Part shown: positions 1-10,242 of the stretch, in pieces
Layout of the letters: every line of letters begins with the position of its first letter
Position numbering within the stretch: position 1 is the stretch's first letter
DNA from: Podarcis bocagei
Lineage: Eukaryota
DNA length: 64,000 nucleotides
Assembly (NCBI GenBank): GCA_964188305.1
Contig: OZ076898.1
Strand: one strand, 5' to 3'
The notes under the pieces: model-generated
What the model was told of the DNA's origin: nothing
Database searches by the model: none
The model's input: only the letters and a program-made list of their open reading frames with translations
Program-made: the position numbers and the translations under genes

Positions 1-371
1 GCTTCATATTTTTCCAGCTTTCCACATGTTTGTTAGGACCAGGAAGCACAACTCTTAATAAGTGTTTCCCTACAAGGAAATATTTTTAGTTTTTAATTTG
101 GCATTTTCCCTCTCATTTCCCTTAATGTCACATCAGCCAAACCCCAGTTATTTCCATTTAGACATGTACTGCAACTCCTGCACTGCCTCATATGCTAGAT
201 ATCTATATAGATATATAGATATATAGATAGAGATAGAGATAGAGATATAAATAGCAACTCTACGCTGCATTTCTATCTCTGTATTTGTATCAGTGTATAA
301 AACTTTTGGTCCAGAGCATGTGGATTTGTAAAGCCCGTGGCATGTGAAACTCTTGTAGCCAACTATCTCAC

Positions 372-565
372 TCTGATGTTGGGAAAGATAGAGGGCACAA
401 GGAGAAGGGAACGACAGAGGACGAGATGGTTGGACAGTGTTCTCGAAGCTACCAGCATGAGTTTGACCAAACTGTGGGAGGCAGTGGAAGACAGGAGTGC
501 CTGGTGTGCTCTGGTCCATGGGGTCACGAAGAGTCGGACACAACTAAACGACTGAACAACAACAA
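372..565 (+). mobile_element. BovB/RTE LINE 3' end
   Basis: LMLGKIEGTRRRERQRTRWLD coding end, ggtccatggggtcacgaagagtcggacac, (CAA)n tail. Confidence 0.88.
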
Positions 566-1364
566 ATGCTTCATGAAGCCAGGAACCCACAGGCAGCCCC
601 TTCTAGGAACTTTCATAATCTAGGTTACCCTGCCTAGCTAGCCCCCAATAAAGCACTTTTGAGGCTCTAATCTAATCCCTGTCTGAGCCATATCTGACAT
701 TTAAGATCTATCTAAATGCTTCCCAATTCCTATTTGACAATTTAACCATAAGGGTCAAACTCTAAACTCTCCATTCCTTCTCGATTGGTTGATACAACAC
801 CCAGCTCAGCTTGGAATCTGTGTCCTGAGGGCTTTAAAACTTTTTGTTTCTACCCCTTTGGTTTTTTTTTTCTATGTCTATGTGCATTCTTTAATATTGC
901 AAAAATAAAGATGCAATAATATTAATGAATAAATGAATAACATGTCAACTCTGAAGCCAAATGCAGACTTCTCTTGTGGTACTTTCTTCTTCTGAATATC
1001 TCATTATACAGAAGGCCTTTTGTTGATGTGAATCAGTAGATGCCTCAATATCTCTTGCTATCCCGCGGAGATACATGGTTTATTCCGCAAGGTCTCACAG
1101 AAATTGTAATTCTGAATAGGCGCTTACCTCCCTTATAATTATCTAATTAATTTTGATTACATGCTACTTCTTCTGGTCTCAAGTAACCATGGCAAAAACT
1201 ACATGGCACAAGGATTCAATAACTATCCCCAATCCACTTTGGTGTGAGGGCTTTATAAATCAGATCATTGACATTTTAGATATCACAGCCTGAGCCACAC
1301 ATCATTCTGTGTGTGGCCATTCAAATCAGGCTGTGGGACTCAACACAGAACCCAGTAAGGCATA

Positions 1365-4300
1365 ATGTGGAGGCAAGAGAATGGGTGTAGTGAAGGAATT
1401 ATTTCACAGAAGCTACTGCCATTGGCAGTCCTGGTCTTTTTGCCTCTTGTGGCATACAAGACGCCTGACATCAAATGCAGTGTCAGCAACTCTCTTCCTA
1501 TTCTCCACAAGTTCTACCAACCAGGAGACTTCATCATTGCCAGCATTATAGCTCAGATATATAGATTTTCCAATCCAATCTCTTTCAGCCAACTCCCTTC
1601 TAATGACATCTTTGAAGACACTGTGTAAGGCGCTTTTTTAAAAAAGTTCCTTTGTAATGCTATGTATCTGAATGTCATGTATCTGTCCTAACTATGCCAC
1701 ATTACCCTTCAGCATTGAGATGATCATACTGCTTTATGCTTAGGAGTATTGAAGAATTTCCTGGTAAAGAGGAAAAAACTGTGAGAGAGCAGTGACTGGA
1801 GATGAGGATTAATTTTAAATTTTGGTCCTTGTATTTCTCCCTCCACATCCCAAATCATCAAATTCCAAGCATTTATTATTTTCTAGGGTTTAGTGGAGTT
1901 TATTAGCAATACTATAATGTATTCAGTAAGAATGTATGGAACTGAAGAGAAGCATATGTCATATTTGGAAGAAATCCACTCTCACAGTAACTCTAATTGC
2001 AGGGTGATGACCCACATCTACCAACATATCCTGGCCTTGATATTTGCTGTAAAAGAGATCAATGAAAATCCCCAGATTTTACCTAATGTCACCTTGGGCT
2101 TTCATATCTATAATAGCTACTTTGACACAAGATGGACCTATCATGCCTCGCTGGAACTCTTCTCCACACTGGGCAAATTAATCCCCAACTACAAATGTGA
2201 TAGAAAGAACAATCCAGGAACAGTCATTGGGGGACCTGTCTCTGAAGTCTGTCTCCACATGGGAGATATCCCAAGCGTCTATAAGATTCCGCAGGTAAGA
2301 TGTATGAAGGCAGTGTGAAAGGTTAACAAGCAATATGCTCAGCTCTTTACTTGTGAAGATTTTCCTTTGAAAAAGTGTGAGGCTTCCAGAATGGGCGGGG
2401 TATAAATAATAAATTATTATTCAGTTGCACTGTTCTTTTAAAAAACTCTACTGGATCAAGCAAGGAGCCTATTTATTCCTGCATTGCCTTTGGGAATTCC
2501 ACAAGCAGGACATCACTCTCCGCACTTGTCATTCCCAGCAATTGGCATTCAGTATCTAATTCAAAATGCTCTATGATTGTGCATAAGATTCCACGGATAG
2601 GATGCATGCAATTTGATTGCTAAAACCTTTAACAATTCAAGGTATGACCTTGGATACATTCATAACAACACAAACAATGTAACAGGCTGTATGTAACTAT
2701 ATAGATTCTTTTTCAAATGCAATTTAACATATCATTTGATTTAGGAATTTTGATTTAGAGCATATCGTCCATAACAATCCATACAGCCAATATATTTTGT
2801 TTTATGGTCGGTATATTGATGATCTGTTGTTTGTGTTTACTGAAGACATTTTTGATCTGTTCAATCTTTGGATAAATAGTTTTTATTTTCTGCATGTGCC
2901 ATTCTTCCAAGTTCTTCATCTGAAACCTGCATACAAGGAATGCTAGAATTCTTAAAAGCATCTTCACGTGGAACACTAGAAGACTGATATAAGAATTCCA
3001 CACCATGGATATTGCTAATATAAGAACTAAACAGATTGCATTTCCTGGTCAATCTGCTGGATTTGAAAAAGAATTTATATAGTTACATACAGTCTCTTAG
3101 GTTGTTTGTGTTGTTATCAGTTTTGCATATACTTGACAAAGGGTTTGGCAGTGTCTTGCATACATTCAGACATATAAAATGTATAATTGAAAATAAGACA
3201 TGATTAAATAAATAACAAATCCCAACATAGTAAAAAAAAAATAACACATCCGAATGATCAGTGAGCCTGTGTCCATTCAAAGTTTCAAGTGGGGAAAAAA
3301 AAAGAGAACAATGAACATGACTCAAAGGACCTTAAACAGAATTCCATGAGAATAATCTCATGCTGTAACACAACAATTGACTTGTGTTAGTTGTAGAGGT
3401 ACTACCCTAACCTGAAGGGCATAAAGCCAATAATAGATGAAAAAAATATAAATTGCCCTTCCTCTGTCTATTGGAAGTAAATAATATTATTTCTATGGAT
3501 TTCCGGATGAATTAACTGTCTGTAAATTTTTATAATATACTTGATTTGCAATGCAAATTGAATCATTTTGATTGCAACTGTATATCTCCCCCACAGAAAT
3601 CATATGGGATTGGTCTTTTTCTCCTAATGTAACTGTTTAAAATTTCCATTAGATCATATATGGCTCTTCGGCGGTGATAGAGAAGAAAACCCAAGCTGCT
3701 TTCTTTCACCAAATGCTCCCAAATCTGAAGCTTCAATATAAGGCAATTCTCCAGATACTGCAATATTTCAAGTGGACATGGATTGGAGTAATTTCTGGGC
3801 ATGATGTCAATGGAGAGAAGTTTGAACAAAATATGATCCCCATGTTTGCTCAGAGAGGTATCTGCTTTGATTTCATAGTGAGAATTCCCAAAATGTCTTT
3901 TTCCAGTGATATTGGTGGCATTGTGGAAGACGGATTTGAAATTAAAGAAATCATTATGAGAAGCACTGTGAATGCTTTGGTTATTCATGGAGAAATTGAG
4001 ACCATGATCATTCTAAGGGCACTCTCAGAGATTTCAGCAGATGAGCATATATCAAGAAAGAGAAATGGCAAAGTTTGGGTTATGACAGCGCAGATGGAGT
4101 TCACTTCTATTCCTCTTCAAAGACATTGGGACATCAACTTCCTACATGGTGCTATATCCTTTGCTGTCCATTCCAGTGAGGTTGTAGGATTCCAGAAATT
4201 TCTTCTATTGAGAAATCCTACTTCAGAGCAAGGAGATGGCTTCCTTAGGGTTTTCTGGGAGCAGGCATTTGGGTGTCTGTTCCCCAACTCTATGGTAGAC

Positions 4301-6623
4301 CTACAGGGTGAAGACCTCTGTAGTGGAGAGGAGAAGTTGCAGACTCTTCCTGCCTCTGTTTTTGAAATGAGCATGACTGGCCACAGCTACAGTGTCTACA
4401 CAGCTGCCTTTGCAGTAGCACATGCATTGCAGGCCATGCATTCATCTAGATACAAACGCAGAGTGACAGTGGATGAAGGAGTAAAATTTCGGAATCAAGA
4501 GTTATGGAAGGTAATGTCCTGAATACACTAAGAACAAAGGAAGGATCCTGCTAGTTCAGTCCAAGAGCTTCCTATAGCAGACAACCAGACAGCTTGGGGA
4601 AGCCATCAAGCGGGACATTCTGCAGTAGTCTTCTCCCACTGTTCTTCCCCAGTGCCTGGTTTTCAGAGACATAATATCTCTGTTTCCTGAGAATATATAT
4701 ATGTGCCTTGAATATAAGGCACATCTGTTTCCTCCATGAATTTGTAGAAGCTCCAGGTCTCAAATGTTTACAAAAATAATTGAAAATCTCTGTAAATTCC
4801 AAAAAGACATGATGACGAGCATGGTGTAGGGTATTGTTCTCTTTGCCTTCCACCACAGCAGGTGTGAGTGATATGACTGTGGATGCAGTGGCAGCTGTTC
4901 CTCCCTGTCATATCCTGCTGCTGCCCTGCAGGGTTAAGATTGATTTACTAATTACTACCTCAAGGTGGTATGTGCACATCTTCCACTCTTTATATCTACG
5001 ATTACCAGTCATAAAGTTTTTCATGAGTTTTGGAATAAAGTGTGTATTCTTGCCAGCTTTTGGTATATCCATTGCCTTAGTTTATTATCTTTATGCCCGC
5101 TTTCTTTAGCTTAACCACTTTGTTAAGAGAATAGTATTTAATAATACTGCTGGGGAAAAGATTTCCTTCAATGAAAATGGAGAGATAGAGGCTGGATTTG
5201 ATATTATAAACTGGATCACATTTCCAAATCAGTCCTTTCAGAGAATCAAAGTTGGAAAGATAGACTCCATGGCTCCCCAAGAAGAAGTGTTGAGGATTTG
5301 GGAAGAAGCCTTTGTGTGGCCCAGCAGTTTTAACCAGGTGAGTTCCATTTGTATTTTGCACCATATCCATTACTTCCAGAGTTATTCACAGTTCGCAATG
5401 TTGATATACAAGCTATCAAAAGAGAAAACCTTCTCTTCTTTCATTTATGGACAGGTGCAGCCCCTTTCTCTTTGTAATGATAAATGCCCTTTGGGTTACC
5501 ATAAAGCAAAGAAGGAAGGGGAGCCATTTTGCTGCTATGATTGCATTCTGTGTCCACAAGGGAAGTTTTCCAACCAAACAGGTAATGCATATCATGCCTA
5601 GAGCCTATCAAATGTACTTTCACTCGGGTATTATGACATTCATTTTCATTATGTTGAAAAAATACTTGTGAATTCATGGAAGGATTGTGGTGCAACACAT
5701 AGAAGCTTGAATTTTCTTTTTCAGACATGGATGAATGCCTTCAGTGCCCACAGGATCATTACCCAAACATGGAACAGGATTCATGCATGCCAAAGGACAT
5801 CAGTTTCTTGTCTTATGGAGAACCTTTGGGGATTGCTTTGGCAGTTCTTGCTCTTTCCCTTTCTTTCTCCACAACTTTGGTGCTCTGGGTCTTCATTAAG
5901 CACCAAGACACTCCCATAGTCAAAGCCAACAACCGGAACCTCACCTACACTCTCCTCACCTCCCTCTTGTTCTCCTTCCTTTGTGCTTTGCTATTTATTG
6001 GTCAACCTGAGAAAGTGACCTGTCTCCTTCGACAAACAGCTTTTGGCACCATCTTTTCAGTGGCAGTTTCTTGTGTGTTGGCCAAGACAATCATTGTGGT
6101 CCTTGCTTTCAGGGTCACCAAACCAGGTTCCAGGATGAGGAAATGGGTGGGGAAACAGCAGGCCACCTCCATTGTTCTTTCCTGCTCCCTGACTCAGGCC
6201 GCCCTTTGTTGTGTATGGCTGGCAACATCTCCCCCATTCCCAGATTTGGATATGCACTCTGTATCTAAAGAAATTGTTCTGGAATGTAATGAAGGCTCAG
6301 TCACCATGTTCTACTGTGTCTTGGGGTTTTTGGGCTTGCTGGCTGTTGTCAGCTTCACTGTGGCCTTCTTAGCCAGGAAGTTACCTGACAGTTTTAATGA
6401 AGCCAAGTTCATCACCTTCAGCATGCTGGTATTTTGCAGTGTGTGGCTTTCATTTGTTCCAACCTATCTGAGCACAAGAGCAAAATATATGGTGGCTGTG
6501 GAGATCTTCTCCATCTTAGCCTCTAGTACTGGTTTACTAGGTTGTATATTTTCCCCAAAATGTTATATTATTCTGATGAGGCCTCAGCTGAATAGTAGGG
6601 AGCAACTAAGAAGAAAGGATTGA
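1365..6623 (+). CDS. Vomeronasal type-2 receptor (class C GPCR), V2R-A1, 6 exons, 887 aa, intact
   Basis: Exons 1365-1624, 2003-2294, 3653-4510, 5110-5337, 5455-5581, 5725-6623. All introns are GT-AG with compatible phases; total 2664 nt. Motifs: [27 protein letters not shown] cysteine-rich domain, [24 protein letters not shown], 7TM in last exon. Confidence 0.95.
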
Positions 6624-6849
6624 CCTATCTAACATTCTGTTGCTCATATATGAGTTTCGATAAAGCAATGGGATATTTGCAGCCATGGTGGTTATTATCC
6701 CATTCAATTGATAGACATCTTGTCATATTTTAATCAGAAATGGGAACTATGCTACTTTTGCATTTTTTATTTTTCAAATTTTATTTCATTTTCATTTTAC
6801 ACTTAAAAAAAACATCAATTCAAATAAAAGAAATGCACATTTAATATTG

Positions 6850-7480
6850 ACTCCCCTTCCTCCTCCTTTCCATGGTGAATTTTATTACTTTCTTTTCCAC
6901 TGCATTTGAATTATTTCTTATTTTTCTTGCAACACCTCTAAGGCTAATATAAATAAGAGAGGTAATGAGGGACACCCTTGTCTTGTCCCCTTTGATATTT
7001 TACATTTTTCAGCCACTGTATTATTTACAATCAAATTTGCGGTTTGCTGTGCATAAATTGCCTTAATTCCTTTTACAAATCTATCTCCAAACTGCATCTT
7101 TTCTAACATCTAAAATACCAAGAAATGTTATCAAAGTTTTCACCGCATCCAAAAATATGAATGCTGCTTTTTCATTTCTTCCTGTAAATACTCTATTATG
7201 TCTATAATATGCCTACAAATGAAATTGGCCTACAATTTTTAAACAACACTAAATCACATTCTTGTTTTTGCATTAAGGTAATATATGCATTTTTCCAGGA
7301 TTCTGGGACTCTACCATTTTCCAAAATTTGATTCATAGTCTCTTTAAGAGATTGTAATAAATGGCCTTTTTTCTTCCAAATATTCAAACAGCAACTCCTC
7401 CAAAACCTAAAAAGGTTCTGCTTTTTTCTCATTAGGTTCGTAGACACCCACTAAGACCATTTATTCTCCTGTGCCGAATC
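6850..7480 (-). mobile_element. Degraded L1/Tx1-type LINE ORF2 (RT) fragment
   Basis: Broken ORFs with VPESWKNAYITL..RPIS and GTRQGCPSLPLLFILALE. Confidence 0.75.
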
Positions 7481-7761
7481 TAGGAGTAATTCTTTATAAA
7501 TCTGTGATATTTTTTGTTAAATTCCTCTGTCCCAATGTATCTAAGCACATAAGGGAGATATATGGCTTCTGTCGAGATCTTGGTCTCCAGTGCTGGATTA
7601 CCAGGCTGGATATGTTCCCCAAAATACTTTATGATTGTGCTAAGGCCTGAACTGAACAGAAGAGAGTGACTTAGATGAATAAAGAATTGATACAAAAATA
7701 TCTTGTTCATTATCCTATTCAGTATGGCTTCATCATGTCATATTTAACTGGAATTAATGTA

Positions 7762-8636
7762 CCGTATTTTTCGTCCCATAGGATGCTCCGTCCCATAGGA
7801 CGCACCTAGTTTTTTTGGGGGGGAATAAAGGAATTTCCCCCCTTTATTTCCCCCCCAAAAGCAGGTCGGGGAAACCGAACCAGGTCGAGGAACAGCGGGA
7901 TGGCGGCGCTGTGCCTCCCTGCTGTCCCCCGAGCTTGTGGGGCTGGCCGATGTCTGCCCGGCGTGACCCGCCGGGCGGCAGGCTGCTATCCGCAGCGTGG
8001 GGAGCCCTGCGGGGAACTCCTGCAGGGCTCCCCATGTTGCGGATGTCTGTCCGGCGCGTGGGGCGCTCTGCTTCAGGGTGCCCCACGCCGGGCGGCAGGC
8101 TGCTATCCGCAGCGAGGGGAGCCCTGCAGGGAAGTCCTGCAGGGCTCCCCACGCTGCGGATGTCTGCCCGGCGGGCGGGGCGCTCTGCTTCAGGGTGCCC
8201 TGTGCACCGGGTGGCAGGCTGCTATCCGCAGCGTGGGGAACCCTGCGGGGAACTCCCGCAGGGCTGCCTAGGCTGTGGATGTGTTCCCGAAGCGCCGGGC
8301 GCTCTGCTTTCAGGGCGCCCGACGCTCTGGGAAGCAGGCTGCTATCCGCAGCCTAGACATCCCTGCGGGACCTCCCGAAGGGCTGCCTAGGCTGCGGATC
8401 TGTTCCCGAAGCGCCGGGCACTCTGCTTTCAGGGCGCCCGACGCTCCGGGAAGCAGGCTGCTATCCGCAGCCTAGACAGCCCTGCGGGACCTCCCCTGCG
8501 GGACCAGCCCTGCGCACCGACCCCTCTCGCTCTCCAAGCTTCAGCAAAAGCCTGCACTCGCCCCATAGGACACACCCAGATTTCCCCTTCATTTTTGGAG
8601 GGGGAAAAAGTGCGTCCTATAGGGCGAAAAATACGG
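7762..8636. mobile_element. Non-autonomous Tc1/mariner (Tc2/pogo-like) element carrying a GC-rich ~119-bp minisatellite
   Basis: TA|ccgtatttttcg...cgaaaaatacgg|TA termini. Internal motif ggctgctatccgcagc at 7981, 8098, 8217, 8337 and 8456. Confidence 0.85.
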
Positions 8637-10242
8637 TATATGTCGCTATTTTGATTTTTTTGCCTTATTTGCAGGACAATATCTTTGTCCTTTCATTAGG
8701 CTCAACATTTAACTTGCCTTCTTGTTGTGAAGTGGATGAGAATGTGAATGTGTGAATTCTGCATTCCGCTCAACCTTTTCCCAATGCTGTGCAGCCTCCC
8801 CAGCCTAGCAATTTGTTGCCAAAGTTCTTTATCTAGTTCCTCAACCAAACGTTTCCCAACTTTAATTATAGTGTGATAAGGGCAGGAGAAGACCACTGTG
8901 TGAGAATATTTTATATTTGAGAAATAATACTTGGCTGGTTTAGAAAGTGCATGATCTGCACTTCCTAGCCAGCTACAGCATACAGTATATTTAAGACCAG
9001 AATTTCATTGCCATGCTTAACAAAAAGCTCTGTCATCTGTAATCTGGGTGAGTTACTTTAGTATGCCACAGCTGCCTGAGTGATCATGGAAAACGCAAGA
9101 GGAAGAAGGAATATTAGTGAGCAATGACCACTCAGGGATGCTTGGCTCTGAGAACACCCTTCAACCAAATGGAAAGGTTTTTCCTTTGGAAAAGCATTGG
9201 GCTCAATATTTGTTCTAACATGGGAGACAATGTGGGGAAAGTAATAATAGAAAAATGAAAACAATGGGGATCTAGTAAAAAAATAGATGTAATGTAATAA
9301 AGCATAGAGAGAAAATGGTGGTGGGAGGGACCATTTAAGAACATCAGGTACTAATAATCATACTAATCAGGGCCTGGACCCACACAGTCCACCCTCTATG
9401 ATATGCCAAGTTGGGTCAGGGTCAAAGGAGCAGACTTATTTAAGCAGGTTTGCTACATGCTAAAAGCAATAGTAGAAAATGATAACAATTGGGATCTAGT
9501 GAAAAAATTATAAGTTATTGATAGATGTAACAAAATAAAGCATAGAGAGAAAACTGATGGGAAGGCACAATAAAAACAATGCTGGAGAAAAAAATAGGAT
9601 CAATTGGAAAGATCATTATTTAGTCTATCAATTTGTAATGGTACGTCAACAATTGCAATTTGTTTTACATGTGAACAAGTAAAACAGTTTAAAAGATGTA
9701 ATTTTTTTAAAAAAAAGTTAGAAAAACAATACAAAATAAACATCTAAAGCTGAGACCATTCCACCTGGCTGAAAATGCTTGTTGAAAGAAGAATTACTTC
9801 CATTATTCCTGGAAAGCACCAATGGTGGGTGCCTGTCATATCTCAACAGTGCAGAAATGTTTCTTCACAGGTGGACCAGATGAAACTTCTTAAAAAACAC
9901 ACAATAGGCTTGTTTGCACCTGCAACCGGCAGAGAACCTCTAATTCTGCATCCATGATTATCTACCCAAGAATTATCCAATTGACCATGATTACTTCAAC
10001 TTTTTCTGTAAGTCCCAAGGTAGTTCCAGGAGCTACTATGAAAACAATGACCCAATGTGGATGGGTGTGATTAATATCCTGTGTGTTATTCAGAGCAGGG
10101 CTTAAGACAGGTGGGGGACCATAACTGGCTGCCATAAGGTCAACTGAGTGGTCATTCAAGTTAGGCTGTGGTACTTAAAGACACATAATTGAATAGCAAT
10201 GAGGGAATAGGAAAATCGATATTCAGATAGATTTCATGCAAA

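Larger units (their letters stand above)
566..8990 (+). repeat. Segmental duplication, V2R-A unit copy 1 (paralog about 23261-33500)
   Basis: Collinear promoter, exons, introns and 3' flank. Examples: atgcttcatgaagccaggaacccac at 566 and 23261; tgtgtgagaat..tttgagaaataat near 8897 and 33337. Confidence 0.9.

Noticed and set aside
1893-2002. ORF-track starts at 1893, 3674, 12386, 12880, 25279, 28188 and 50320
   Set aside because: They are intronic run-ins or internal codons; splice acceptors define the real exon starts.
7815-8520. Several GC-rich ORFs and a regular repeat resembling a CRISPR array or repeat protein
   Set aside because: The units are homologous along their whole length with no unique spacers, lie inside a TIR element in vertebrate DNA, and the ORFs reflect stop-poor GC sequence.
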